The notes under the pieces were generated by a model. The model was not told the origin of the DNA, made no database searches, and saw only the letters and a list, made by a program, of their open reading frames with translations. DNA of 64,000 bases from Perkinsus chesapeaki ATCC PRA-425. Its lineage: Eukaryota > Protista > Perkinsozoa. Made by a program: the position numbers and the translations under genes. Positions 1-12,559 of the stretch are shown here, in pieces (the stretch's first letter is position 1; the number at the start of each line of letters is the position of its first letter). Where the stretch lies: contig JAAPAO010000058.1 of NCBI GenBank assembly GCA_013115145.1, positions 34,994 through 98,993 on the forward strand. Direction: 5' to 3'.

Positions 1-1162
1 TATAGGGTACTATGCCATGGGGCCACCTCAGAGGGGCGAAGTGAGAGAGGAGCGGTATGGTGGCTACACAGGTGCCGATAATGGCAAAGGCGAATACCAG
101 CTGTGCCCAGTGTGCCTGAAAGCTTCTAATAGACAACACTCAGAGAAGAGCAGAACGGCCATAAACGAGCTCGCAGTAAGATGTATGCGCCGAAGAGCGT
201 CCCACTGTTACTACCCTCTGTCCGATGTTACTAACGGTGATGAATACCATAGCAGAGCAGAAGCTACCGCACAAGCACACTATGATAGCCAACCATCTAG
301 GCAATTGGGAATCGACGTTATCCATGGCTTCATAGGTAGCAGCAGAGGCACCGAATAGCCAGGTAGGATGGGCTATGAAGAACACCTGAAACCAACGAAT
401 ACATGAGGCTACGCTGAACAAGAGGAATCTATCATTAACGGATATGTCTACGAGGCGGTGACGCGACCCTAGAGGCACCACCGGTGTCTCTTTAGGTGTC
501 ACCGGTGTCACACCGGTGACGTCGGTGCGATGGTGACGCCATTAGCACATTGGACGCCATCGGCGCTTGATATTGGCCGCGGGGAGGAGCCATTCCCATT
601 ATTACACCGCAGATAGCAAAGAGAACAGCTAGGACCTGCCTAGGGGCGATCTTCTCGTGAATCAGTATAGGGGCCAAGGTTAAGGTAAACATAGGCTGGG
701 TGAAGAATAGGCTTGAGGCATCGGCCAGTGGAAGCTGAGATAACGAATAGTATCTGAAACGATATATATAAAAGGGCAGAGGAGTGATGATGCAGCAGAG
801 TAGTACAGGATCCAGTTTCCAGCAGCACCGAAGAGCCCTCGAAGCATAACCCACCAGAACAGGTGGTGAGGCGCATGGATGCTAGGCAGGACCGGGACCT
901 TTGCCGCACGGCAAGCCAACCAGGCAAATATGAGCTGCATTATGCAACGGACAAACATGGTCTCAGAAGAGGCAAACCAACGACTAGCGATGGAAGCCAG
1001 GAAGCTCATCGTGGAGAAGGCGATGGCCGATATGAATACAAACGTAACGCCGAGGCCCATGTGAACTTCCCCACGGCCAGAGTTGGCCCGGGCACGAGAG
1101 ACTGCGGAGCCTGACTTGGCAAGCAATGGTGACGTTGAATGGGTTGAGAAATCTGTTGTCAT
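1..1162 (-). CDS. EamA/DMT (SLC35G-like) transporter, copy 1, spliced; 3' end runs off the window
   Basis: ATG at 1162. Hydrophobic exons 'ISAIAFSTMSFLA...RGLFGAAGNWILY', 'LPLADASSLFFTQPMFTLTLAPILIHEKI', 'LAIIVCLCGSFCSAMVFITV' are typical of EamA repeats and closely match the copy at 1403-2655. Confidence 0.85.
386..605 (-). other. Expanded 220-bp intron with clustered CACCGGTG palindromes
   Basis: GT..AG intron between codons ICG and VFF; the same intron in copy 2 is 43 bp. Contains GTCACCGGTGT-C-ACACCGGTGAC (498-520) and a further CACCGGTG. Confidence 0.7.
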
Positions 1163-1402
1163 AGAAACAAAGAAACACTGCCGACTTCAACTCCGACTCG
1201 AGATGCCTTTGCTACAGCTGCCACTGGAGTAGAAACCCAACACTCCGAAGAGCTCGTAACGTGGTGGAAATAACTGGCGACAAATCTAACAAAACCAGCA
1301 GTATGTACGAAACTGTCCGAGTCCAGGTAATATGAGAATAATAATAACATAACACTTGAATGCATTTAGCGGCCCTCATTTTGAGGGTCGCCATCGCGGC
1401 AG

Positions 1403-2655
1403 CTACACCCTTTCGCCCAGCGTATTGCCTGATCGGGTCCCTTTGGCACCCATATAACCTCGAGACTTGAGCTCAGCTAAGAGCTTGGGAACTGCATCCA
1501 CTAGAGCACCGCAAAAGACAAAGGAGCCTCCTGTTATGGAATACAATGTTAAGGGATGATCCAGAAACAGTGCCTGAAAAGGAGCCTCAAGTTTATTGCA
1601 CTCCGCAGCGTTTACCTGGTAAATGAATGCGAAGACTAAATCGGTCTGCCTAACCAAGGAGCTCGTCACTGCCGACTGACACAGCTGCATTCCGTAGTTG
1701 AATGTAGACTGGCCGAGCAAGGCGCAGCAGCCAAGCGAGAAGAGCATTATGAAAGGCCCGGGAGACGATGGCATTCTCATAGGGGACCATTGGAAATACA
1801 AGGGTAACATTGCAACTACTGTACCGAACGCCGCGAAAGAGAACACCAGTTGAGCCCAGTGCACCTGAAGGGGCCATCTAACAGGCGCTGCACTACAGAG
1901 TGAAGCTCACCCTTTTGCCTATATGAGTGACGGTTATGAAGACAAGTGAAGCTATGAAGCTACCGCTAAGGCATACTATGATGGCCAGCCACCTTGGGAT
2001 CTGGGCATCGACGTTATGCATTACAACATTACCGGCTGCAGAGGCGCCAAAAAGCCACGCAGGTCGAGCGATAAAAAATACCTGACAAACGGAAATGCCT
2101 CAGAAATGGGTACATCTGGCTTACCCCGCAGATGGCCATAAGGACCGCCAAGACCTGCCGAGGGGCGATCCTTTCATTGATAACCAGTGGAGCTAATATT
2201 AAAGTGAACATGGGCTGTATAAAGAAGAGGCTCGATGAGTCGGCTAGAGGAAGCTGGCTCAGAGAGTAGTACCTTGACAAGAAAAGTCCCCCAAAGAGAT
2301 TTCCCCAGATAGATTACAGTATCCAGTTGCTAAGTGCTCCAAAGACACCTCGAAGCAGGACCCAGCCTAGCAGGTTATCCGGCTCCCTTGGACTAGGCAA
2401 AGGGGGTACTCCCGCAACAACGCACGCCATATAGGAGAATATCAGTTGCATTAGACAGCGTGTAAACATTATCTCCGAGGACGAGAACCAGCGGCTGACC
2501 ACCGACGCCAGACAGCTCATTGTTGAGAAGCCAACGGCCGATATTAGGAGGAGTCCAATGCCCTTACCGAGCTGGACTTTACCCCGAGGATTCGAGGGTT
2601 CATCGAGAAGGGGAACGCTTACAGCAGGCGATCCAACTGCTGTAGTGCCTTGCAT
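1403..2655 (-). CDS. EamA/DMT (SLC35G-like) transporter, copy 2, spliced
   Basis: ATG at 2655 (MQGTTAVG). Exons 'ISAVGFSTMSCLA..RGVFGALSNWIL', 'LPLADSSSLFFIQPMF', 'LLGQSTFNYGMQLCQSAVTSSLVRQTDLVFAFIYQ'; stop at 1403. Confidence 0.85.
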
Positions 2656-3052
2656 TAGCGGTGAACAAGGTGACTGTAAGAGTAGTGTAGGGAGGATGAA
2701 CGCAAGAGACGTTGGTCGAAGACCAGAGAAACGTTCCAAGCATTTATAATATGTTCTAAAAGGAACACACCATTTAAGGAATAGTAAATGTGATTTGACC
2801 GCAGCCTTCACAGAAGGTGCAGCTGACACACAGAGAGAGATAGAAACGTAAAAACATACACAATGCCTGGTAGGTACCAAGGCGACTAGACAACACATGA
2901 ACGAGATAAGCATATAACGCGTACAAAAGGGGATCTCGATTAAAGGGCAAGCACTGCCGCTAGGACACTTTAGAGTTACTATAGGCTGGCCGATTCTTAG
3001 ACCGGTCCGACCCAGGGTTTTTAAGGCTCCAAATATATAGGTTTTTGAGTGA

Positions 3053-5232
3053 CTATTTGGAGTTGTTTCGATCAGCAGTAGCTGCTACGTCTCCTGCTGG
3101 GACTTTCTTAATGTGGAACAGCTTACCAGCAATAAGAGCCAATGGTGCGCTTATCACCGACAACAACGCACCGAGTTTAGCCTCGGCTAGCAGAGCAGGT
3201 TCTCGGTATGCAGACTGGGCCACAAAGAGAGCTACAGTGAGGCCTGCACCAGAGACTATACCGACAACGAAGAGATGTCGGTATGTCATTCCTTCGGGGA
3301 GACCAAACTTCATGAGGTAGCTGGCAATCCAACCGAAGCTGAAGATACCAATAGTCTTGCCGACTATAAGGGAGGCCGTCACACACAGTGTCACATACCC
3401 GACAGAATCACTGGTAAATTTGATACCGGCGTTAGCAAGGGCAAAGAAGAACAGACCACAATGCACCCAGAAGGCACAGTCGTAGTTGAACTTCTCTAAG
3501 GGACCTTCGATAATGCTGCTGTCCAGTGGCGTCTCGATGGTCTCGTTAGCAGAGTCACACTGAGAAGAGACGTCATCACTATCCGCCTTCCTCTCCTTCC
3601 ATCGCCTCCACGCTTTAACCACAAAGTTGGGCTCTCTGGTATCAATCTCCTTGGGCATAAATGGCACGATTAAACACAGGGCCAAAGAGGCATGTACAGA
3701 TGCCTTCAACAAGCCATACCATGCCAGAGGGCCACACAGGAACACATACCAAGCCCAATGCCTGACCTTCAGCTTCCTTAGTAGGAACGCCAACAAGCAC
3801 GCAGCCACACACAGGAGCAAGTATATATATTGAGCCTGGTGGGGTGACGGGTAGAATATAGCGATCACCAGCATACCACCGACATCATCGGCAACTGCTA
3901 ATAACAATATAAACCGTATGGCTGCGTGGCCGCCTCCGAATACAAAGGAAGCCACTAACCAAGCGATTGATATGTCAGTTGATACTACAATACCCCAGCC
4001 ATTAAGTATAGCACTGAGATCCTCATCGTAGTTGTCAAAGCCTCCACAAGCGTTAATGATGTAAACGAGGGAGAAGAATACGAGAATTGGGCCAAGCATG
4101 CCACCGAGCGTACCTAAGGCCGAACATAGGCAAAGGCTAGAGAGGCAGGCACGGGCTCACTCATTAGAGGTACAATTGCCTTCTTTATCGGGGACAATGA
4201 GCCTCCTGGAAGTACAGCTTCGACCACTTCAACCATGGCAATACCAAAGAAGAAACACATAAAGACGTCATTTAAAAGGAAGTTCAGAGTAACCTGATAA
4301 CCATCCTCACTCGACGTGATTTCTTAACTCTTCATCGTCTGCAAAATGGACACCCGGGATTCGAGAGCAGCTGCATTTAGAATGCCCACTGTGTGCCGTC
4401 CATCCTCCTGAACCCCTACTACCGGTTCCCCAGCTATAGTAGCACCGCCAAGATCAAGCGTCTTATCTTCATCCGTGCCCCAAAGATACACATAGCTGTC
4501 CTCGTCTAGGTTAGCCCACAGAAGGCCAGCTACCACACCAAGCTGGAGTGGTATGAAGTATGTTGTTACTATACGGCGGATATACAAGTACCAATGCCTC
4601 CATGTGGTCAGGAATCTGATCCCAAACCGATTGGAGCGACCCCTCCTTCCCACTACTACTTCCTAGGATTCTTAACATCGGCTACTAGTGTCTCATCATG
4701 GCCCCTGAAGAATCTATCGTGGGACTCTAATGCAAGCTCAACCCTCAGCCTGGTAGCTTCCGTCGCCAGAGCTCCGTCCGTCTCCGCGCGTTTTACGTTC
4801 TGCAAGAGTCAGCACGATGATGCCTGACATTGCCCCTTCAGGTGTTACATCTTCATAGACGTCCCGTGGAATCCTAGTGGGTGATGCATCCCTGAACTCC
4901 GAGTCGGTCCTTGGCCTTATAAATCTGTCATGCTGCGGCACAATCGTTGTCTTGCTCCTCGGCACGGTCATCGTCGGTACCTTGGACAGGCCACTTCCAA
5001 AGTAACAGAATAAGCGCTTAACAACCGCACGAGATGGGAGCCGACAGAGATATTCTCAAAGATTGGCTCCCCGACGCTCAAGAGGATGTTCCTCCTCCCT
5101 AGACACTGCGGAGATTAGTACATCAGATGCGAAGGTCGCATGCTTCTTTGGGGCAACCTCGCTCCTCTTCGGAAGCGTCGTATCGGCACTTGAGCGGCTG
5201 TTCTTGGTTCCACCAGTCCTTTCAGATGTCAT
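3053..5232 (-). CDS. nhaA: NhaA-type Na+/H+ antiporter, copy 1, with spliced N-terminal extension
   Basis: NhaA motifs: [29 protein letters not shown] (D133 equivalent), [11 protein letters not shown] (D163/D164), [11 protein letters not shown] (K300), [11 protein letters not shown]. Confidence 0.92.
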
Positions 5233-5758
5233 TAATATTATTAATCCTGACCATTTCCATATACCCCATCTGACAGCACAGCAACGCACCATAAGCATTG
5301 GTCCAGGATCGGTACTAGCTAGACTACTCAACCCAATGCAGTGCCAGAAGAGCAAAGAAACTTTTCAAAGGCAACGCCAGCTTCGCCAACCGACACCACA
5401 GCGAGGAGCTCAACGACAACTATTAAGACAACTGCTAAGATTCGATGAAGATTACGAGGCGAAACCATCGAGCGCAACTACATTATTAAGGCTGTAGTGG
5501 CACTGTAGGTTATCGCACATTAATATTAACATTAGGGGTTACCTATACACATGGGGTTGGTTAGGATGGGGGAGATGAATATAGACGTGCTATGCTTAAC
5601 ATCTTAATGCCACCAACAATAAGGACACTACTATGGATAAGATCTACTTTATTGGTAAGACACTTTAACAACCAGCAAGAAGCCCTTTAAGCTGCCATCT
5701 GGATATGTAAACACCAATGACGACAAGAACAACAACAACAACAAAGCTCAATGCTTCA

Positions 5759-7768
5759 TCACTTGGCTACAGAAGCAGTCGGTTCAACGACAGCGGCTGA
5801 TGGCGACTCGCCGGCGGGAACCTTAACGATTCTGAAGAGACGGCCAGCTACTATCGCCACTGGAGCAACTATAATTGATAGAAGAGCTCCGAGCTTAGCT
5901 TGGGCCAACAAACCCGGCTGGGTATAAGCAGACTGTGCCACGAAGAGGGCTACAGTAAGACCGGCACCGGAGATAATACCAACCACAAACAAGTGCTTTA
6001 GAGTCATACCCTCAGGTAGACCAAACTTGAAGAGGCTGCTTGCAATCCATCCCAGAGTAAAGATACCAATAGTCTTACCAAAGACAAGTGAGCACGTAAT
6101 GCTCACTGTTACAAGGCCAACCGATTCCCCACTCAGCTTTACACCAGCATTAGCTAAAGCAAAGAAGAACAGGCCAATGTGGACAAAGAAGGCACAGTCG
6201 TGGTCGAACTTCTCAAGTGGGCCGGTGACTATACCGCTGCCCTCCAGCGGTTTCTCGGAGTAATCTATACTTGAGCTCGTCTTAGAACCTTCCTCCACCT
6301 CCTCGACAACATCCTTCTTTCTCCATCGCCTCCACGCTTTAACGAAGTAGTTGGGCTCTCTGGTATCAATCTCCTTGGGCATGAAGGGCACGATCATACA
6401 CAGGGCCAAAGAGGCATGTACAGATGCCTTCAGCAAGCCATACCATGCCAGAGGGCCACACAGGAACACATACCAAGCCCAATGCCTAACCTTCATTGTC
6501 CTTAAGAAGAGCGCCAAGACACATGCCCCGACACACAGTAGAAGGTACACGTACTCCGCAGCGTAAGGAGATGGATAGAAGAAAGCGATAATTAGGACGC
6601 CACCGACATCATCAGCAACGGCCAGAAGCAAGAGGAATTTGATAGCAGCATGGCCACCTCCGAATACAAAGGAAGCTACCAGCCAAGCTATCGAGATATC
6701 GGTGGCCACGACAATACCCCAGCCATTGAGTATTGTAGAGAGCTCTTCTTCGTAGCTGTCAAAGCCTCCAAAAGCGTTCATAGTGAACATAAGGGCAAAG
6801 AAGATACTTATAGGCCCGAGGATGCCTCCCAGAGTTCCTAATAAAAGAGCTTGCTTCCAGAACACCTCAGCTATTGGCCGCCACCATCACCTTACCCATT
6901 AGAGGTACAATTGCCTTCTTCATCGGTGATAATGAGCCTCCTGGCAATACTGCCACGACAATCTCAACCATAGCAATGCCAAAGAAGAAGCACATAAATA
7001 TATCATTAATAAGAAAATGTAACGTTACCTGACAACAAGCACATGATCCACTATAGGTAGTAGCCTACATGATGGCCGCCAATAGTGAAGCCTAGATCCA
7101 ATGTCTTATACTTATCAGTCCCCCACAGATATACGTAATTATCCTCATCGATATTAGCCCATAACAACGCTGCAAGAACTCCCAATTGCAATGGTACAAA
7201 ATAGGTTGTCGCTATACGTCGGATATACAAATACCAATGCCTCCACGTAGTCAGGAACCTACACACAATTGCCGACCCCAATGACGACAGCAGCAGCGCC
7301 TTCCCTACTTCCTCGGGTTCTCCACGCTTGCCAGCGTCTGGTCATGCCCTCGGAAGAACTGGTCATGTGACTCAAGCGCCAACTCTACTCGCAATCGAGT
7401 GGCCTCAATCGCCAATGCCCCATCAGTCGCGGCTCGCTGAACATTTTTCTGAAAGCCATCAGATTGCAAGACGATCCTCTGCGACAGACTACTACCTCCT
7501 CGTAAACATCTCGAGGAATTCTGGTAGGAGATGCAGCCATGAACTCAGAATCTGTTCGTGGCCGCACAAAGCGGCTCTGCTGCGGCACGCCTTCTGTTGT
7601 CTGACTGCGGGACACTACCATGTCCGGCACCTAAGGAGTCAGTATTTAACGACCAAGCAGCAGGAAGGACGATACCTCCAAGAAGGCCGCCCGCTTCCTC
7701 TCGGAATCTGCTTTGAACTCGGCATAGTTCAGAGAGAATGAAGAGTCGCCAATAGGACGATTATCCAT
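5759..7768 (-). CDS. nhaA: NhaA-type Na+/H+ antiporter, copy 2
   Basis: Same motifs ([31 protein letters not shown]). Shares the N-terminal segment RF(I/V)[20 protein letters not shown] with copy 1. Likely ATG at 7768. Confidence 0.92.
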
Positions 7769-8097
7769 TAAAGTAAGCTGGCAGCAATAACCATCAGCCT
7801 CTATACGCCCCAAAGAGGAAGAAGCCGCTCTACTATACAGCAATACTGCCGATACTGCCGAGATCTAGCGAAATGTGAAGACAATACCTCCAACATCATA
7901 ACACAATACTGATGACTGCAAGCTAGTGGACGACTTTCCCAGCTCGAGACTGTGATTGTTTCTGCGTCACATTTGTAAAAAGCGCTCGCCCAATAAGTTA
8001 TTGCACATACGCGGCGCCACCGTGATTGTCTATTTTGTTGTTCCTAATTAGTCAAAGGGATATTAATTAAAAACTCAATGCCCCGTTGATTATAAGG

Positions 8098-9834
8098 TTA
8101 AGGCCTTTTAGAGGCGTTCGCTGATAGCTTCCTGCTCTGCTGTATCATACCGGAAACATTATAAACCGAACGCATAAGGTCAGCTATGCACTCCATCACG
8201 GAGCTCTCGTCCACTGTAGGGTCCATGTACTCAATAATCTGACAGAGACAACAATCCACTCAATCTTAAGGCAAAGCCATATCCTACTTTAGACTGCTCG
8301 CTTCTCCATGGAGCTGGGCTTGCCGCCCCGGCATTCTCATCCGACTTGGTGCCTCTGGGGCTCTCCTCCAGCTCACCGCCAGCCGAGGTTGACACCACTT
8401 CGAACCAGTTGATATGAAGGACACGGCAAGTAACGTATCTAATTAAACCCCCTACACTGGGCTTCCTATATGCCTACATCGCCGCTATTGCGAGCACTTC
8501 GGGCCGATGCTTCAGACAGAGTGGCGCACGAAAACTAAACAAAGGTTCGACCCAGGCGAGCACACAAAGGCTCGGCCTTACCAGTCATTGAGAGTAGCCT
8601 TAGCCACCCTGGTTATAATAGCTCTGTCAACACCAGCAGGGAAGAGGGACTCTGCTGGATAGATATGCAGCTCCAGCAAGGACGCCATTGTGTCGTACCT
8701 AACCCGTACTGTACACAATAACGTCTTTCTATATCCAATTGTTAGCGGCGGAAAGGTAGGTCTGTTGTGCTGTCTTATTATCAATGGCGCATTCAGTACA
8801 GTGCACGCATACGTACGGTGCGGTACTTGTAGTGGTGCGCACGCCGGTAACTATGCCTTCCACGTTCATGCTTTCCCATGTCACTCACGGCAGCTCTGGT
8901 TGGAGATTAGAGCCAATAACTCTCAGTAGCACCAAGCTCTCTATCAACGATACTTTATCCCGCAGTAATCGTCTCTGCTCATGAAGCCTATCAGCATGCA
9001 CTGTAGTCTGTCCCGACATATGGGCGATGGCCGTGTCCAATACCTACTACGACAACTACGACAATACAACTACCACTGCATGCATATTACCGCACGCATA
9101 ACCTGAGTGAAGCTGGCTGTCCCCTGCTGCGTCGTCGCTGTACTGCCGCCGCCGCCGCCGCTGCGAGGGGCAGCCAAAGACCTAGGCAACTTATCCTCGC
9201 ACACTTTGCAGGCCAACACAATAGACGCTATTGCTATCAACTGATCAAGGAGAAGGTTGGCAACGAGAAGACTTGGGGAGTTCTCACATATCGATCATCC
9301 GACAGGTCTTTCACCTTCATCTTTTCCAGCACCGAATGAAGGTAGAGCATAGCCGTCGCTGTCACCTGCATCAACGCTGCTGCTGCTGTTGCTTACTAGA
9401 GGCCAATACCCTAGTGGGGTAGCCTACCTCTTCTGGAAGGTCCAGCGTAAAGCAGATTTCAAATACGAAGCGTGATAGATTATATAACCGAACACTCTGC
9501 TGCCGTTGTCTGATACAAGCCAGTTGTTCAACACGTAGCGGCCGAATAAGAGCTTACTCGGCAGACTCCCACGAGCCCATCGTGGCTGTCTTTACCGGCC
9601 CAGTCGCTCCATCAATTCCCCTTGCACTAGCCCCTGCATCACCGGTATCTCCAATTCTAGTGCTTCCAGTAGCTGGAGCTCCATCAGAGGACGCCTAAGA
9701 ATCCTAATGAAACTAACAGACATCCCTACTGCGTTGTTACATCGGGGCTCGGCGCCGCACCGCCAAGATTCTTGTACCGCTCCGCTAGCATGGATGCCGC
9801 CATCTTGACGTAAAGATTCCCACCACCTCTCCAT
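8098..9834 (-). CDS. Cyclin of the transcription-associated group (K/T/L/C-like), multi-exon
   Basis: Hand-translated exons give cyclin-box segments: FVFEICFTLDLPEE; AIASIVLACKVCED; LRDKVSLIESLVLLRVIGSNLQPELP; VAKATLND; PLCLKHRPEVLAIAA. Stop at 8098. Confidence 0.75.
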
Positions 9835-9965
9835 TACAGCAACTTTACTCAACTCAGCGCCATCAGGGGTCAGACGACTATAGTTCGACTACTGTAAAAA
9901 ATAAGCTATTGTGCATTTAGACTAATACCGAAACATCATCAACTTGTTCGACACTACAGGGCCTC

Positions 9966-12368
9966 TCAGTTGGCAGGGTGGCCAGCTCCACGGTGACTCG
10001 GCCTCAAATCGATTATACAAACCGAAATATCGTCGTGGAGCCTCCGGCGCTGATTCCCCTGCGGCAGAGCCTGAAGCTCCGCCAAAGTCTTCGCGCTCTT
10101 CTTGGCCGCTCTATTCAACACTTCACTAGTTAATGCCTCGGCAACTGAAACAACAAGGGTAGCAAGGCTATCGGCACGCTACTCCTAATCGTTAATAAAA
10201 TATTATCGAGCTGCTACTAATGGACTCTAGAGCACCGAATTGATGACAAGCCTAGGGTTTGCCCACAGCCCAACTTCCTTACCAGAGTTAGCAGTCCAAT
10301 TGCTATCATCCGGCAGCAGCAACCGTCGTATAAACCCTACAGCCTCTTCATCAGTAACATTATCCCACAAGCCGTCACTGCCAAGTACTATAAACCTGTT
10401 ACATGGCGGCTACCTTAGTGACAGCCTTCCTTCTAAGCTCCTACTTATCATCCTCATGGCGCGGATATACCATAACTTCGGGCTCACTAGTAATGTATGG
10501 AAAGGAGTGATCGAGAGGCTCAGTGCTGCTGCTGTTGTTATGAGCTGCTGACACTTTAGCCTCTGGGGGCGGTAGGAAATTCCGGCCCGATGTGTGATTA
10601 TAGAGGAACTCTGCCGACTGAAAGGAAACAAGACGTTGCTAAATACTTATTTTTACTGGTGTATGCTACGCACCACAAAAAGGAAATCTTGTAAGACTAG
10701 AACGCTGTTACTATAACAACTACTATACTATAACACACTACTATATACACTACTATAACAACTAAAAATAATACTATTAACAATATGAAGGATTGATATG
10801 ACGTATACGTCCACGGTATAGCATCGAGTAAGTGTGAAGACAGTGCGTAAGACCGACGTAAGATCTCTTAAGAAGCTGCTCACTTTAAGGTAGAAGTCCC
10901 CAAAGCTACGAGTGGGCTGCAGACGGCCTTTAACGTAGCAGCCAGAATACTTGGTGGAATGCTCCAATCGTTCAAGCTCAACAGGGTAACCAAGCCAGGA
11001 CTTTACGGCCAGCCAACCACCTATCACATCACCACTCCACCACGGCCGCATGGCCTACACAAGTAAGCTCACTCTTAGGGACAGCCACTATAACAGGTTC
11101 ATGCCATTCCTTCCTGCATCTGCAGCAGCAGCAGTCAACACTACTACTATATCACAATAACTGATGTTATTACCGGACAACATTATCCTCAAAGGGATGC
11201 TCCATCTCCAGCCTCCTCTGCTCCCGTATATCACTGGCATTGTGCTGCATATTCAGTGCCAAAGCTGGGCGATCCTCTCTATAAAGAACCTTTAAAGGGG
11301 AAGCAGCTGTAAATCCAACCCTCCCAGCGAGACTACCGCCTTGCAATCTCCAGCATTCGCCACAACTATGCTTGTCTGCGTTATCAGCACCGCCAGTCCA
11401 CAGGCGCCTGTCTTAACTGGCTGGGAAAATCCCAACCTAAGGTAGCCTTCAAACCGATTGTTTGGCCGGCTCCTGTTACTTCTGAGCCTCCCTGGCATGC
11501 TCCTCTAGCTCTTGGTCTGCTACCCTGAATGCCTCCTTACAAGCAGACTCTATTACTCTAGCGTCTATGTGACCAGCCTTCTGTGGAAAACGAGTGGCTA
11601 GCAGGGATGGCAGGTGGCCACGGAGATACCTGAGAGGGAATACAGTGAAAGGATAACTATCGCATCCAGTTACTCAGCCACTTGCCATCCGCCATGGCCA
11701 TCGAAAACACAAGCACAAAGGGTGCCACCGGGGAACTGCTTAAGAGCCAAGCGATCCTCCGACGGGGCGTTTGCTGCGTATTGATGGCAACCCACGCGAA
11801 TGTTAATCACCGGTCGAGGCGGAGCGGGCTGAGCGGTCTGACAGTGGAGGTGCCGCTTGATAGCGTAGACTCGTCATACCGTTATAAGCATCGGAGGGCC
11901 CTCTACTGTGGAGACAGCCCCTTGTGGAGGAGCCTGCTCACACCGCGACCGTCGAGCAACCTACACTGTAGTGGAGCCGGATTGGAGTTGGACAGACTAT
12001 TACCTCTGCGACCTTAACAGCTGCTACTACTGCCGCAGGCATCCATACCAATGCGGGCCGAAGTAGACCCGACATGTTAAACAGTTAATTCAAAGCAAAA
12101 GCAAAGAGTTATAAATGACTGATGCAAAAAAGCCGCATATTAGTACATACCGCAAAGCCCTGGCCAGCATGAAGAAAACTATGTCACGATCCTGATCGGG
12201 TAGGTCTCGAACGCAGAAGCCCTGTGGTCGATAGGAGACAAAGCCCTCGGAAAGTTCCATCATTATGTTTCCTGCAGACACACTGGCATAGGAACCTCCC
12301 CCCGTGGGCCGAGAAGAACACAACAGGAATAGAGGGTAGCCATAAAGAGACAGAGCTCTGCTAAGCAC
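9966..12368 (-). CDS. PP2C/PPM phosphatase (PDP-like), copy 2; 5' end uncertain
   Basis: Exons QYAANAPSEDR..CVFDGHGGWQVAE; VVANAGDCKAV; CYVKGRLQPTRSFGDFYLK; VLGSDGLWDNV; RRRLHDDISVCII. Stop at 9966. Confidence 0.88.
10709..10785. repeat. Low-complexity ACTAT/ACT/AAC intronic repeat
   Basis: Imperfect runs of actata/actact/aacaac inside a PP2C intron. Confidence 0.7.
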
Positions 12369-12559
12369 ACATAAGCCTCTAGAGTGACAATCGGTGATGA
12401 CAATTCACTTGATAGGTCCTCTGCAGATGCAGGGCTATATAATAATAACATCCTAATATCCATAGGGTGATGATTCATGGCAATGGTGGCTATGTTGCTG
12501 TACTCAATGGTAGTGGTGACAATATAATAATAATAAAGTACTTGACAAAAATGGTAGAG

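Noticed and set aside
5100-5160. Apparent 16-nt intron (GTACTAATCTCCGCAG) in NhaA copy 1
   Set aside because: An upstream GT donor gives an ordinary ~52-nt intron in the same phase, which fits the other introns here better.
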